From NCBI GenBank assembly GCA_041605955.1, contig JBFIXI010000003.1:22988-86987 (forward strand): a DNA stretch of 64,000 nt, in the 5' to 3' direction. Positions 37,078 to 47,563 of this stretch are shown here, in pieces; within the stretch, counting starts at the first letter, position 1, and each line of letters starts with the position of its first letter. The position numbers and the translations under genes were made by a program. The notes beneath the pieces are model-generated. The model saw nothing but the letters and a program-made list of their open reading frames with translations. It was not told where the DNA came from and did not search any database. The stretch is from Acidimicrobiia bacterium. Lineage in GTDB: Bacteria; Actinomycetota; Acidimicrobiia; Spongiisociales; UBA5794.

Positions 37078-39639
37078 CTACTCGTAGGCGATCGCCTCGA
37101 GAATGTTGAGTCGGGCGGCCTTGCGGGCCGGCAGGATCGCCGCCAGCAGCCCGGCAATGGCCCCAAAGATCACCAAGCCGACGATCTGGAGCGCCGGGAT
37201 GGAGAGCACCTTGATGCCCTGGCTGGCCAGCGCCGACGTGACTGCGACGCCGAAGAACATTCCGACAACGATGCCCAAGAGTGAACCGATGATGGCCACG
37301 ATCACGGCCTCCCAGCGCACCATGCGCCGCACTTGGCGCCGGCTCATGCCGACGGCACGGAGCAGCCCGATCTCGCGGGTCCGCTCGAACACGGAAAGGG
37401 CAAGTGTGTTGGTGATGCCGAACATCGCAATGATCACTGCCAGCACCAGCAATGCGTTGAACATCACCAGCAGCGTGTTCACTTGCTCCTCCTGCGACTG
37501 GCGATACTCCACTTGGTCCCGCACCGTCACGTTGGCGTACTCGGCGGCAGCGCCTTCGACGACGGCGCGGCTGGTGTCGGCGGCTACTCCGTCCGCGGCT
37601 TTTACGGCGAGCACAAAATCGACGTCGGTGCCGAAACCGCTGAAGTTGTCCGCATAGAAGTCCTGGCCGACCAGGAAGTTCGACTGCACCACGTTGGACT
37701 CGCCGTAGATGCCAACTACCTCCACCTGCTTCAGACCGGTGGCCGCGAACCCCATCGGGATGGTGTCGCCGAGCATCCACCCCTCCTCCTCGGCGGTGTC
37801 GGCGAACACGAACACTCCGCCCTCACCGAGCGCGGCAATGCTCCCGGCTTGGACATCGAGGAAGATCGTCTTGTCGATCGTGTCCGTGGTCACTGCCATC
37901 ACGAACTCGTCGGATCCACTGCGGTCCCAGAATCCGAACCGCAGCGACGTTACCGCCTCGATCTCGGGCTTGGTGGCGAGCTCTTCGCCGAGGGCCGGGC
38001 TGAAACCCCCACCGAATCCCTCGACGCTGACGACGTAGTCGGCTCGCAGACCCTCTTCGATGGCCGCCCCGGCAGATGCCTTGATCGAGTCCCCCAAGAT
38101 GAAGAAGAAGGCGACCAGGGCCAGGCCGATCATGAGCGCCGATGCCGTCGTGGCGGTCCGGCGGGGCTTACGCACCGAGTTCTCGGTCGCCAGCGTGCCG
38201 GTGAGCTGGTCCAGCTTCGGCAGCGGCCATCCCAGGAACCGCGCCACCGGCTTGACGATGAGCGAGCTCAGGACGCTGACGCCGAGGAACACGAACAGCG
38301 CCCCGAGGCCGATGGCGATCAGCCCGTTGATCGGTCCCAGCTGGAACCCGTCGATGAACAACCCGCCGCCAATGAGGGCGATGCCAACCGCCAAACCCAC
38401 CGCGCCGGCAATGGTCCGCTTGCGGTCCGACATGCGCAGCGTCACCTCGGTGTCCTGCATGGCCGCCACCGGTGGAATCCGAGACGCCCGGAAGGCCGGC
38501 AGCAGCGCCGACAGCACCGTGACTATGACGCCGACGGTCACCGCGACGATGATCGTCCGGGTGGCGAGAGGGGCGGTAGTCGACGGAAGATCGAACCCGA
38601 GGGCGTCCATGACGCTGGTCAGCCCGCCGGCCACGAGAAAGCCGAACAGCAGGCCGAGCACCGACGCGACGATGCCGACGACCAGCGCTTCGATCACCAC
38701 CAGCCAGATGACCTGAGTGCCCGTGGCCCCTACCGCCCGCATGAGCGCGAGCTCGCGTTGCCGTTGCCGGACGATAATGCGAAAAGTGTTCTGGATTATG
38801 AAGGTCGCCACGAACACGGCGACCAACGCGAACACGAGCAGCGCCGTCTGTAGAAAGCCGAGGCTCTCGGAGAGGGCCTCCGACTGCGCCGCTGCCTCGT
38901 CGGCGGCAGTAACCGCCTCGATTCCCTCCGGAAGCGCCTGCGCGATGCTGTTGCGGAGGAGATCGGGGGTGACTCCGTCCTCGGCCACGACGGCAATCGT
39001 GCTGAACTTGCCCTCGAGGTCGAACAGGGCCTGAGCCGTGGGCAGATCGAAGCCGGCGAACGTGGCCCCGGCCAGGTTGTCCGCCTCGCCGAAGCCCACC
39101 ACGCCGACGATCTCGAACTCACTGACTCCGGCAGGGGTCTGAATCTGGACGACGTCGCCCACCGCCAGCTCATTGTCATCCGCCGTGGCGGCGTCGACGG
39201 TGACCTCGTCTGGGCCTGCGGGAGGCCGCCCGTTGCGCACGTTGATGTTGCCGGCGAGGCGCTGATCCTCTACCCACGAGCCGCCAATCGTGGGCGGCCC
39301 GGCCGGCACGATGGCCTCTCCGGCCTTGTCGTAGATAACGGCAAAGCCGCCGACACTTCCCTCGGCGGCAGCAACCCCGGGAACGGCCCGAACGATTGCG
39401 AGTATGTCGTCCTCGATCGGCGGCGGGCCGCTGAACCCCACGTCGAACTCGGTCTCGGCTTGGACAATGACGTCCTGGCCGGCGAAGACGTCCTCGAAGA
39501 GATCGTTGAAGGTGCGATCGATCGTGTCGGTGAAGATGTAGGTCCCTGCGATGAAGCCGACACCCAGCACTACCGACATGGCGGTGAGCGTCAGTCGGAG
39601 CTTGTGCGCAAAGACCGTCTTGAGCGCGGTGCGAATCAC
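37078..39639 (-). CDS. ABC transporter permease, duplicated FtsX/MacB type
   Basis: Two RQRELALMRAVGA / RTREIGLLRAVG motifs, large extracytoplasmic loops. Confidence 0.93.
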   Translation of the reverse strand: MIRTALKTVFAHKLRLTLTAMSVVLGVGFIAGTYIFTDTIDRTFNDLFEDVFAGQDVIVQAETEFDVGFSGPPPIEDDILAIVRAVPGVAAAEGSVGGFAVIYDKAGEAIVPAGPPTIGGSWVEDQRLAGNINVRNGRPPAGPDEVTVDAATADDNELAVGDVVQIQTPAGVSEFEIVGVVGFGEADNLAGATFAGFDLPTAQALFDLEGKFSTIAVVAEDGVTPDLLRNSIAQALPEGIEAVTAADEAAAQSEALSESLGFLQTALLVFALVAVFVATFIIQNTFRIIVRQRQRELALMRAVGATGTQVIWLVVIEALVVGIVASVLGLLFGFLVAGGLTSVMDALGFDLPSTTAPLATRTIIVAVTVGVIVTVLSALLPAFRASRIPPVAAMQDTEVTLRMSDRKRTIAGAVGLAVGIALIGGGLFIDGFQLGPINGLIAIGLGALFVFLGVSVLSSLIVKPVARFLGWPLPKLDQLTGTLATENSVRKPRRTATTASALMIGLALVAFFFILGDSIKASAGAAIEEGLRADYVVSVEGFGGGFSPALGEELATKPEIEAVTSLRFGFWDRSGSDEFVMAVTTDTIDKTIFLDVQAGSIAALGEGGVFVFADTAEEEGWMLGDTIPMGFAATGLKQVEVVGIYGESNVVQSNFLVGQDFYADNFSGFGTDVDFVLAVKAADGVAADTSRAVVEGAAAEYANVTVRDQVEYRQSQEEQVNTLLVMFNALLVLAVIIAMFGITNTLALSVFERTREIGLLRAVGMSRRQVRRMVRWEAVIVAIIGSLLGIVVGMFFGVAVTSALASQGIKVLSIPALQIVGLVIFGAIAGLLAAILPARKAARLNILEAIAYE

Positions 39640-39643
39640 GAGA

Positions 39644-40393
39644 TCAGGCTCCGTACGATTTCATCCGGTCGATGATCGAATCCGTGGTCGGATCCATCAG
39701 CTCGCCGCTGGTGCGGCCGTCTTCCAGGAAGACGACCCGATCGGCATAGGACGCCGCCACCGGATCATGGGTGACCATCACGATGGTCTGGCCGAACTCG
39801 CTCACGGCTCGGCGGAGGAACTCGAGCAGCTCGGCTGCAGACTTCGAGTCGAGGTTGCCGCTCGGCTCGTCGGCGAAGATGATCTCCGGCCGTGCCACCA
39901 GCGCCCGGGCGGCGGCGACACGCTGCTGCTGCCCTCCCGACAGCTCCGAGGGTCGGTGGGTCAGCCGGTCACTCAAACCGAGGATATCGACAACCTGATC
40001 GAACCAGGGATCCTTGCGGTCACCCCCGGCAATGAGGAGCGGGAGCAGGATGTTCTCCCGCGCGTTGAGCGTCGGGATCAGGTTGTATGCCTGGAAGACG
40101 AAGCCGACCTTCTCGCGCCGCAGCAGGGTGAGGTCCTTGTCGTTGAGGGTGTTGAGCTCGGTGTCGCCGATGAACACTCGCCCGCTCGTCAGCGTGTCGA
40201 GACCGGCAATGCAGTGCAGCAGAGTCGACTTCCCGCTCCCCGAGGGGCCCATGATGGCCGTGAACCGGCCTCGCTCGAATGCCACGTCGATTTCGTCCAG
40301 TGCCCGCACTTCGGCGGCGCCCGATCCGTAGACCTTGACTCCCTGCTCCATTCGAGCCGCAGCCAGATCGACCGGGATGGTGGTCGTAGTCAT
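39644..40393 (-). CDS. ABC transporter ATP-binding protein (LolD/MacB-like)
   Basis: GPSGSGKST, FVFQAYNL, LSGGQQQRV, ADEPSGNLD, VTHD. Confidence 0.95.
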   Translation of the reverse strand: MTTTTIPVDLAAARMEQGVKVYGSGAAEVRALDEIDVAFERGRFTAIMGPSGSGKSTLLHCIAGLDTLTSGRVFIGDTELNTLNDKDLTLLRREKVGFVFQAYNLIPTLNARENILLPLLIAGGDRKDPWFDQVVDILGLSDRLTHRPSELSGGQQQRVAAARALVARPEIIFADEPSGNLDSKSAAELLEFLRRAVSEFGQTIVMVTHDPVAASYADRVVFLEDGRTSGELMDPTTDSIIDRMKSYGA

Positions 40394-40580
40394 GATGAGT
40401 CGGGCTCCCCTCTCCCAAGGTGCGCACGCATCGTCAGCGGTCGTGCGCCCAGTACAGATTGCACCAGTGCGGCGGTGGCCCATGCTCGCCGATAACCACT
40501 CTGCTGTCACTTTCGCCCGCGGGCACGAGATGTCTTGCCGTCGCCCCGGCGGGAGTAACGCCCGGGTAACCTCGGCGGCG

Positions 40581-41861
40581 ATGTACGACTTCGAGACTTT
40601 GAGCCTGCACGGCGGCCAAGCTCCCGACACCGACTTCGGGGCCAGGGCCGTTCCGATCTATCAGACCACGTCTTACCTCTTTCGCGACGTTGAGCACGCC
40701 GCCGGCTTGTTCAACCTGGAGCGCCAGGGACACCTGTACACCCGGCTGTCCAACCCCACGGTGGCGGTGTTCGAGGAGCGGATGGCCGCCCTAGAAGGCG
40801 GTGTCGGCGGCGTTGCCACCGCATCGGGGCAGGCAGCGTTGTGGCTGGTGCTGGCCACCCTCGCCAGTGCCGGCGACCACATCGTGCTGTCGAAGAACGT
40901 CTACGGCGGCACCAACAACCTGCTGACCCAGACGATGCCTCGCTTCGGCATCGAGGCCACGCTGGTATCGCCGCGTGACCCCGACGAGATCCGCGCCGCC
41001 ATCCGCCCCAACACCAAACTGATTCACGGTGAGTCGCTGGGGAATCCCGGCCTCGAGATCATGGACATCGCCAAGGTCTCCGAGATCGCCCACCAGGCGG
41101 GCATTCCCTTGCTCATCGACAACACGTTCGCCTCGCCCTATCTCTTCCGCCCTTTCGAATGGGGCGCCGACCTGGTGTTTCATTCGGCCACCAAGTTCAT
41201 CGGGGGACATGGCGTCGCCCTGGGCGGCATCGTGGTCGATTCCGGCCGATTCGACTGGGAGGGCGCGGGCAAGCATCCGACCATGATCGAGCCGTATCCC
41301 AGCTACCACGGACTCGCCTTCGCCGAGGAGTTCGGGACGATGGCCTTCCTCACCCGAGCCCGGGTGGAGGGGCTGCGTGATTTCGGCGCCGCCCTGAGTC
41401 CGCAGAATGCCTTCTATCTGCTCCAGGGGCTGGAGACGCTGCCCCTCCGGATGGAGCGCCATGTGGCCAATGCGCGCCGGATCGTGGACTTCCTGTCCGC
41501 CGCCGAGGAGGTGGCGTGGGTGAAGTACCCCGAGCTCGAGAGCCACCCCGACCACGAGTTGGCCAAGAAGATGTTCCCCGAGGGAGTGGGCTCGATCTTC
41601 AGCTTCGGCATCAAGGGAGGACGCGACGCCGGACGCAAGTTCATCGAGAAGCTCAGCATCTTCTCCCATCTCGCCAATGTCGGTGACGCCAAATCGCTGG
41701 TGATCCATCCCGCCTCGACCACCCACGCCACGATGAGCGCCTCGCAGCTGGAAGCCGCCGGCGTGAGCGAAGATCTGGTGAGGCTCTCCGTCGGGCTGGA
41801 GTCGGCCGACGACCTCATCGCCGATCTCCGCCGCGGCCTTGCCGCCTCGCAGCGGGACTGA
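40581..41861 (+). CDS. metY: O-acetylhomoserine aminocarboxypropyltransferase (sulfhydrylase)
   Basis: PIYQTTSY, YTRLSNPT, PLP lysine SATKFIGGHG, HLANVGDAKSLVIHPASTTH. Confidence 0.9.
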   Translation: MYDFETLSLHGGQAPDTDFGARAVPIYQTTSYLFRDVEHAAGLFNLERQGHLYTRLSNPTVAVFEERMAALEGGVGGVATASGQAALWLVLATLASAGDHIVLSKNVYGGTNNLLTQTMPRFGIEATLVSPRDPDEIRAAIRPNTKLIHGESLGNPGLEIMDIAKVSEIAHQAGIPLLIDNTFASPYLFRPFEWGADLVFHSATKFIGGHGVALGGIVVDSGRFDWEGAGKHPTMIEPYPSYHGLAFAEEFGTMAFLTRARVEGLRDFGAALSPQNAFYLLQGLETLPLRMERHVANARRIVDFLSAAEEVAWVKYPELESHPDHELAKKMFPEGVGSIFSFGIKGGRDAGRKFIEKLSIFSHLANVGDAKSLVIHPASTTHATMSASQLEAAGVSEDLVRLSVGLESADDLIADLRRGLAASQRD

Positions 41862-41863
41862 CC

Positions 41864-42658
41864 TTGCGGCTCACGGTCGGCGGACACGAGATACGCGCCA
41901 CTACCGGCGGCCGGCCGCTGGACCCGTCGCAGCCGCTGCTGCTGTTCCTTCACGGTGCGTCGCAGGACCGCACCTTGTGGGCTCTGCAACAGCGCTACTT
42001 CTCACATCACGGCTGGTCGGTGCTCGCTCCCGATCTACCGGCCCATGGCCTCAGCGAGGGAAAGCTGCTGGAATCGATCGACGACATGGCCGCGTGGGTC
42101 GCCGAGGTGATCGCAGTCGCCGGCTTCGAGACCGCCTCCGTTGTCGGTCATTCGATGGGTTCCTTGATTGGGCTGGAGCTGGCCGCCCAACGGCCCGAAA
42201 TGATCATCAAGCTGGCGCTCACCGGCACCACCGCTGCGATGCGGGTCCACGATGCCCTGCAATCCGCCGCCGACGCCAACGAGCGCCGGGCCCACGAGAT
42301 GGTGACGGGCTGGTCACTGGGATCCCAATCCGGGCTGGGCGGCCATCCGACACCCGGCCTGTGGATGCATGGCCACGTGTTGCAGACATCGCTCAACGCC
42401 GGCGATCAGGTGCTCGCTACGGACCTGCAAGCGTGCCACCGCTACGAAGGGGCGCTGGCCGCAGCGGCTTCGATCCAGTGCCCGGTTCTCATCATCATGG
42501 GCGCCGAGGATCGGATGGTGCACCCGCGCGGCGTCGATGACCTCGTTGCGGCGTTGGGTGCCAATGCCACCGTGGTCCGTATCCCATCGGCGGGCCACGC
42601 CACGATGGTCGAGCAACCCGACGCAGTACTCGACGCACTGATCGAGTTCCTCCGATAG
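41864..42658 (+). CDS. Alpha/beta hydrolase
   Basis: FLHGA, DLPAHGLS, nucleophile GHSMG, GAEDRM, AGH. Confidence 0.9.
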   Translation: MRLTVGGHEIRATTGGRPLDPSQPLLLFLHGASQDRTLWALQQRYFSHHGWSVLAPDLPAHGLSEGKLLESIDDMAAWVAEVIAVAGFETASVVGHSMGSLIGLELAAQRPEMIIKLALTGTTAAMRVHDALQSAADANERRAHEMVTGWSLGSQSGLGGHPTPGLWMHGHVLQTSLNAGDQVLATDLQACHRYEGALAAAASIQCPVLIIMGAEDRMVHPRGVDDLVAALGANATVVRIPSAGHATMVEQPDAVLDALIEFLR

Positions 42659-42660
42659 CT

Positions 42661-42711
42661 CCTCCCCCAGCACGCCCCGAGTGCGAGAGATGGGGCGAGC
42701 GTTGGGGAGGG
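42661..42711. terminator. GC-rich imperfect stem-loop between convergent genes
   Basis: CCTCCCC..CGCCCC / GGGGCG..GGGGAGG arms immediately after stop codon. Confidence 0.35.
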
Positions 42712-42856
42712 GAGGGCGGAAGCTGTGCCTCCGGCTCGAAGGGGGGAGAATTCGCAGGTCTTCCAAACGGGACGGCCGGTCCGCATGATCGTGGCATGCC
42801 GAGACTATGACGACTTCATCGATGGTCTGAGATCACGCATCGAGGATCTGGCTTCA

Positions 42857-43624
42857 TCAGCCGGCGGTCAGGCCGCCGTCGACGGGGAGAGCGGCGCCGG
42901 TGATGAAGCCGGCGTCCTCGGAAGCCAAGAAGAGGACGGCGGCCGCGATCTCATCGGGTGAGGCGATTCGGCCGATGGGGTGCTTCTCCTCGAACAAGTG
43001 GCGGACGGCCCTTTCGCCCCCCATCTCTTCCATCTCCCCGCGCAGCATCGGCGTGTCGACGCTGCCGGCGCACACGCAATTGATGCGGATGCCGTCGCGG
43101 GCGTGGTCGAGCGCCATGGCTTTGGTGAGCAGCACCACCGCCCCCTTCGAGGCGCTGTATGCGGCCGCGCCCCGGCCGCCGACCAGACCGAAGTAGGAGG
43201 CGTTGTTGACGACGGCGCCGCCGCCCCGGGCCACCATCACCGCCACCGCGGCCCGTGACATGAGGAATGTGCCGGTGGCGTTGACCGCCATCGTCTGTTC
43301 CCATTGTTCGTCCGTGGTGTCGAGCGCCGATTTCTCCCGAAAGATGATCCCGGCGTTGTTGAACAGGACATCGAGGCCGCCATAGCGTTCCAAACAGGCT
43401 TCGACGGCGGCATCGCAATCGGCCGCCTTGGTCACGTCGCATGCGACCGCGTGCGCTTGGCCGCCTGCAGACTCGATCTCGGTGACCACGGCCCGGGATG
43501 CCTCGAGATTGCGGGCTGCGATTACGACCTGCGCCCCGGCGGCGGCAAATCGCAGCGCCGCGGCCCGGCCAATGCCCGAGTTGCCCCCGGTTATCAAGAC
43601 CACCTTCCCGGTGAAATCGCTCAT
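42857..43624 (-). CDS. SDR family oxidoreductase
   Basis: TGGNSGIG, NNAG, YSASKG. Confidence 0.93.
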   Translation of the reverse strand: MSDFTGKVVLITGGNSGIGRAAALRFAAAGAQVVIAARNLEASRAVVTEIESAGGQAHAVACDVTKAADCDAAVEACLERYGGLDVLFNNAGIIFREKSALDTTDEQWEQTMAVNATGTFLMSRAAVAVMVARGGGAVVNNASYFGLVGGRGAAAYSASKGAVVLLTKAMALDHARDGIRINCVCAGSVDTPMLRGEMEEMGGERAVRHLFEEKHPIGRIASPDEIAAAVLFLASEDAGFITGAALPVDGGLTAG

Positions 43625-44367
43625 CGGGCCGTGTAACCCCCGTCAACGGTGACCAACGTACCGGTCAGATAGCTCGCCGCGTCCGAGGCCAAGAAAGCGA
43701 CCACCTCGGCCACCTCCTTGGGGTCCCCTAAACGCCCCATCGGAACCACCCGCTCGGCCAACTCGTGCAAGTCGTCCTCGGTGGGGGGACGCTCGCGTTC
43801 TGCCGAGAGCATCGGCGTTCGTATCTCCCCGGGCACAACGGCGTTGATGCGCACCCCATCGCGGGCATGCTCGAGCGCCATCGACTTGGTGATCTGATGC
43901 ACCGCACCCTTGGTGGCGGCATATGCGGTGTGCCCCGTGCCGCCTACGTCGCCCCATACCGAGCCGAAGTTGATGATCGAGCCGCGGCGGCGAACCACCA
44001 TGCCGCGAACGGCCGCCCGCGACATGTAGAACAGGCCATCCACGTTCACGCTGAATATGCGTCGCCAATCGTCGTCCGAGGTGTCGGCCCCGTAGGCACG
44101 CACGATCGTGCCGGCGGCGTTCACGAGCACATCGACGGACCCGTACTCCTCCTCAGCGGCGGCCACCACGCGGTCGCAGAACCCGGACTCGGCCACGGAT
44201 CCCACGTGGGCTCGGGCATCGATCTCGACGGCGAACGGCTCGACGCTCGGGTTCACGTCGACGAGCACGACCCGAGCTCCCCGCTCGGCGAGCAGCACCG
44301 CCGACGCGTTACCCATTCCGGAGGCGGCGCCGGTGATGATGGCCACGCTGCCGGAGAGATCGCTCAC
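43621..44367 (-). CDS. SDR family oxidoreductase
   Basis: TGAASGMG, NAAG, YAATKG; -10 TACACT 6 nt before GTG. Confidence 0.93.
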   Translation of the reverse strand: MSDLSGSVAIITGAASGMGNASAVLLAERGARVVLVDVNPSVEPFAVEIDARAHVGSVAESGFCDRVVAAAEEEYGSVDVLVNAAGTIVRAYGADTSDDDWRRIFSVNVDGLFYMSRAAVRGMVVRRRGSIINFGSVWGDVGGTGHTAYAATKGAVHQITKSMALEHARDGVRINAVVPGEIRTPMLSAERERPPTEDDLHELAERVVPMGRLGDPKEVAEVVAFLASDAASYLTGTLVTVDGGYTAR

Positions 44368-44417
44368 GGGCGAAGTGTAGGAGCGCATGCAAGCCGCGGA
44401 CGGCACCTGCTGCGGCT

Positions 44418-44879
44418 CTACAGCTGCAGCTCCATGAACCGGGCGCATCGCAGCGGATTGCCTCGATGGCGGGGGATCTCGACGAAGCCCAGGCTGTCGT
44501 ACAGCCGGTTGGCGGCCACCATCGACTCGAGATCGGAGTCGAGCCGGACGGTGCGGTAACCCGCCGCCCGCGCAAAGTTGATCGCCTCCTCGGCGAGCCG
44601 GCGACCCAAACCGCGTCCCCGCTCGGATTCTCTGACGTACATGCGCTTCAATTCGGCAATGCCGGACCCGTTCTGCCTGATACCCACCACACCTACCGGG
44701 TTGTCGGCGACATAGGCCAAGAAGACCGCCCCGAGCGGAGCGGCATAATGCCGCGAGATGTCTGCCAGCTCTGTCTCGTGATCCTGGAAATCGAGCTCGA
44801 AGGGAAGCCAGTCGATGTATTCCGCCATCAGGTCGGTAGCGGCGGCGAACTCATCGTCAGAGGCTGCCTTCCGGATCAC
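44418..44879 (-). CDS. GNAT family N-acetyltransferase
   Basis: ELKRMYV..SERGRGLG, LYDSLGF; GTGA overlap with upstream gene. Confidence 0.9.
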   Translation of the reverse strand: MIRKAASDDEFAAATDLMAEYIDWLPFELDFQDHETELADISRHYAAPLGAVFLAYVADNPVGVVGIRQNGSGIAELKRMYVRESERGRGLGRRLAEEAINFARAAGYRTVRLDSDLESMVAANRLYDSLGFVEIPRHRGNPLRCARFMELQL

Positions 44880-45448
44880 TCGACCTCCGGGTCGACGACT
44901 TTCCAGTCCTCTGCCATGCGCAAGATCGTCTCGCTCACTTCCCGGGAGCGGTCGAGCACCTCGCACAGCTTCTCTCGGCCGAACATCACGTCGATGAGCG
45001 GAACCTCGAACTTGCCCACGAGGCTGAGGCGACGCGACGGCTCGTCGGCAAGCGTCTCGAACGAGTCGACTGCCGACACCTCGATTGGTAGATCGAGGCC
45101 GGCCACTCCCGACAGCTCGGCCGACAGCACGACCAGATCGGGCGGCGAGCCCAGCGGCGGCAGCGACCAGTTGAACAAGAGTGGCACGTTGAACCGGCCC
45201 TCGGGATCTTCGATCTCGTCGTGATCGCGCGCCGCGTCCTCCAGCGCCAGCAGCGTTCGCGGCTCGACGTCGAACGCCAGATTCAGATCCAGGGGCCCGT
45301 CGCACGCGAAATCCGGGTGCATGTCGACCTCCCACGCCTGGCGTAGCGAGTAGCTCTCGATGAAGTGGCGCTCGTCGTGCACGTGGAAGCCATGCTCCAC
45401 GGCGTGGTCTTTGAGATAGGTGATGAACCCGGCCAGGTCGACTGCCAT
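44876..45448 (-). CDS. Hypothetical protein (acidic)
   Basis: Protein-like composition; leaderless -10 TAGCAT; coupled to GNAT. Confidence 0.75.
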   Translation of the reverse strand: MAVDLAGFITYLKDHAVEHGFHVHDERHFIESYSLRQAWEVDMHPDFACDGPLDLNLAFDVEPRTLLALEDAARDHDEIEDPEGRFNVPLLFNWSLPPLGSPPDLVVLSAELSGVAGLDLPIEVSAVDSFETLADEPSRRLSLVGKFEVPLIDVMFGREKLCEVLDRSREVSETILRMAEDWKVVDPEVE

Positions 45449-45491
45449 GGAGCAATGCTATACGGACCGGTAATTGTGGGAAACAGGCCCG

Positions 45492-46289
45492 TCACCGGAT
45501 CCGGCCGGCGTCGGTATACACGTTGCACGAATTGTCCCGCAGAAACCCAACAACGGTCATGCCCAACTCCTCGCCGAGCTCCACGGCCAGCGAAGAGGCG
45601 GCCGAGACTCCGGCGAGAAAGGGAATGCCGGCAACGGCCGCCTTCTGCACCATCTCGAAGCTGACCCGGCCCGAAACCAACAGAACGGTCTCGCCGATTG
45701 GCCAGCGCGAGCGGGCGACGTGGCCGACGACCTTGTCCACGGCGTTGTGACGGCCGATGTCCTCCCGCAGCGCAATCAGCTCGCCGTCGGCCGTGAACAG
45801 GGCGGCAGCATGAACCCCTCCGGTGGCGCTGAAGCCGGGCTGCGCAGCCCGCATGGCTTCGGGAAGAGCGAACAGCGTCGCCGCGGAAACCTCCGGCCCG
45901 GGCGGAGGGCGACGGGCCGCAACCCGGACAGCATCGATCGAGGCCTTGCCGCACACTCCACACGACGACGTCGTATAGAGGTTGCGCCGGAACTGCTCCG
46001 GATCGACCACAACGCCGGGGGCCAACACCACCTGCCACCGATCCCCTTCCCCGCTGCCGGTCGACTCGATGGCGGCGATCTCATCGGGGCCCAACACGAT
46101 GCCTTCGGTGATGGCGAAGCCGAGTCCCAGCTCGGCGTCGTGTCCCGGCGTGCGCATCAGCACTGCCAACGGAACCCCATCCAGCCGGAACTCGACGGGG
46201 CCCTCGGTGACCAGGACGTCGCTGGCTTCGTTGACATCGCCGGATCGGGTGAGCCGGGTGAGCCGGTGCGGAGTGGTGGGACCCTGCAT
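45492..46289 (-). CDS. fdhD: Formate dehydrogenase accessory sulfurtransferase
   Basis: MRTPG.D.EL..GF, SSCGVCG, TGGVHAA, REDIGRHNAVDK, SGRVSFEMVQK. Confidence 0.94.
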   Translation of the reverse strand: MQGPTTPHRLTRLTRSGDVNEASDVLVTEGPVEFRLDGVPLAVLMRTPGHDAELGLGFAITEGIVLGPDEIAAIESTGSGEGDRWQVVLAPGVVVDPEQFRRNLYTTSSCGVCGKASIDAVRVAARRPPPGPEVSAATLFALPEAMRAAQPGFSATGGVHAAALFTADGELIALREDIGRHNAVDKVVGHVARSRWPIGETVLLVSGRVSFEMVQKAAVAGIPFLAGVSAASSLAVELGEELGMTVVGFLRDNSCNVYTDAGRIR

Positions 46290-46324
46290 AGCGTGAGGTT
46301 AGGCCCCCGGTGGCTGCCGGCCCG

Positions 46325-47563
46325 CTAGAACTTCCTGATCACGAGCCCCGTCGGCACCTTGGGGCTGAACCAGGTCGACTTGGGTGGCATCACTTCGCCG
46401 CGATCCGCGATCGCCATGACGTCGGCAACCGACGCCGGATACAGCGCAAAGCTGGCAGCTGCCTCACGACGTTCCAGCTCCGCCAACCCGGCAGGACCGG
46501 GGATGTAATGGAGACGGTTGTCGGCCCGGGCGTCGGTGATGCCGAATATGGGGCCCAAGATGAGGTCCTGGAGGAGCACGGCGTCGAGTGAGCCGCGGGG
46601 ATCGTCCGGTATGTTCTCCTCACGGAAGGTGAGGCGATACCAGCGTCCTCCCATCCGCATCGCCACCACGCCACGCCTGCGCGGACGGGCGTCCGCCGCC
46701 CAGGCGACGGAGATCTCCTCCAGCTCGGCGACTGCCTTGATCCGCTCCAGCGCGGCAGCCACGTCGAGCCCGGCGAGGTCCGTTACCGCCCGGTTGAAGC
46801 CATGGAGCGTCAGCTGGGTCTCCGCAAAGAGCACGGTGAGGATGTAGTTGTACGGCTCGTCGCCGCGATGGTTCGGATTCTCAGCCCGGCGCAACTGGCG
46901 GAGCCGAGACGCGGCGGCCGTCCGATGGTGGCCGTCGGTGATGTAAACGGCGGGGACGGCTACCAACGATTCTTCGAGCTTCCCCATAGCTTCATCTCCC
47001 GTTGCCGCCCAGAGCGTGAGCCGCGAGCCGTCGTCGGTCGTGAAGCTGCGGACTGGCTGCTGACTGCCGATCGTGGCCTTGATTGCCGTCTCGATCTCGG
47101 GCTGCGATCGGTAGGTCATCGCCACCGGGTCGGTGTGGGCACGTACCGTTCTCAGGTGGTCGAGCACCAGCTCTTCGGTTTCGGACCGGGTGTGCTCGTG
47201 GCGTTTCAGGCGTCCCGCCGCTTCCGCTTCGGTGTTGACTTCGCAGACGATGCCGGCCGCAGACACCTCCCCCGTTTCGATCATGAGCACGTAGAACGCC
47301 TGCGGCTGCGGCTCGAACACCCCGGCGTCGATCATCTCTTCGAGACGAGCGGCGGCTTGTTGATCGAACAGCGCCGGGTCGGGCCCGCCGGCGCCGGTGT
47401 CGATGGCCGACCCCACCAGGTGAAGGATGCTGGTGGGGTTGTCGGCCACGAGTTGCTGATAGCGGTCGGCGGTGATGCTCGAGACCGGAGGTGCCACCAC
47501 CTCCGCGATCAGGTCGGACCGCGGAATGTAACCGGTGAAGGGTCTGATCAGCGGACCGCTCAT
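46325..47563 (-). CDS. DUF1015 family protein
   Basis: IRPF.G, KRHEHT, YITDGHHR, MPPKSTWFSPK..TGL. Confidence 0.88.
   Translation of the reverse strand: MSGPLIRPFTGYIPRSDLIAEVVAPPVSSITADRYQQLVADNPTSILHLVGSAIDTGAGGPDPALFDQQAAARLEEMIDAGVFEPQPQAFYVLMIETGEVSAAGIVCEVNTEAEAAGRLKRHEHTRSETEELVLDHLRTVRAHTDPVAMTYRSQPEIETAIKATIGSQQPVRSFTTDDGSRLTLWAATGDEAMGKLEESLVAVPAVYITDGHHRTAAASRLRQLRRAENPNHRGDEPYNYILTVLFAETQLTLHGFNRAVTDLAGLDVAAALERIKAVAELEEISVAWAADARPRRRGVVAMRMGGRWYRLTFREENIPDDPRGSLDAVLLQDLILGPIFGITDARADNRLHYIPGPAGLAELERREAAASFALYPASVADVMAIADRGEVMPPKSTWFSPKVPTGLVIRKF

Noticed and set aside
40394-40580. SAM riboswitch upstream of metY
   Set aside because: No SAM-I, SAM-II or SAM-IV conserved elements recognised; TAACCT close to the ATG suggests a very short leader
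42725-42856. Short ORF or gene remnant (RMIVACRDYDDFIDGLRSRIEDL) between convergent genes
   Set aside because: No RBS or recognisable motif; too little evidence to call
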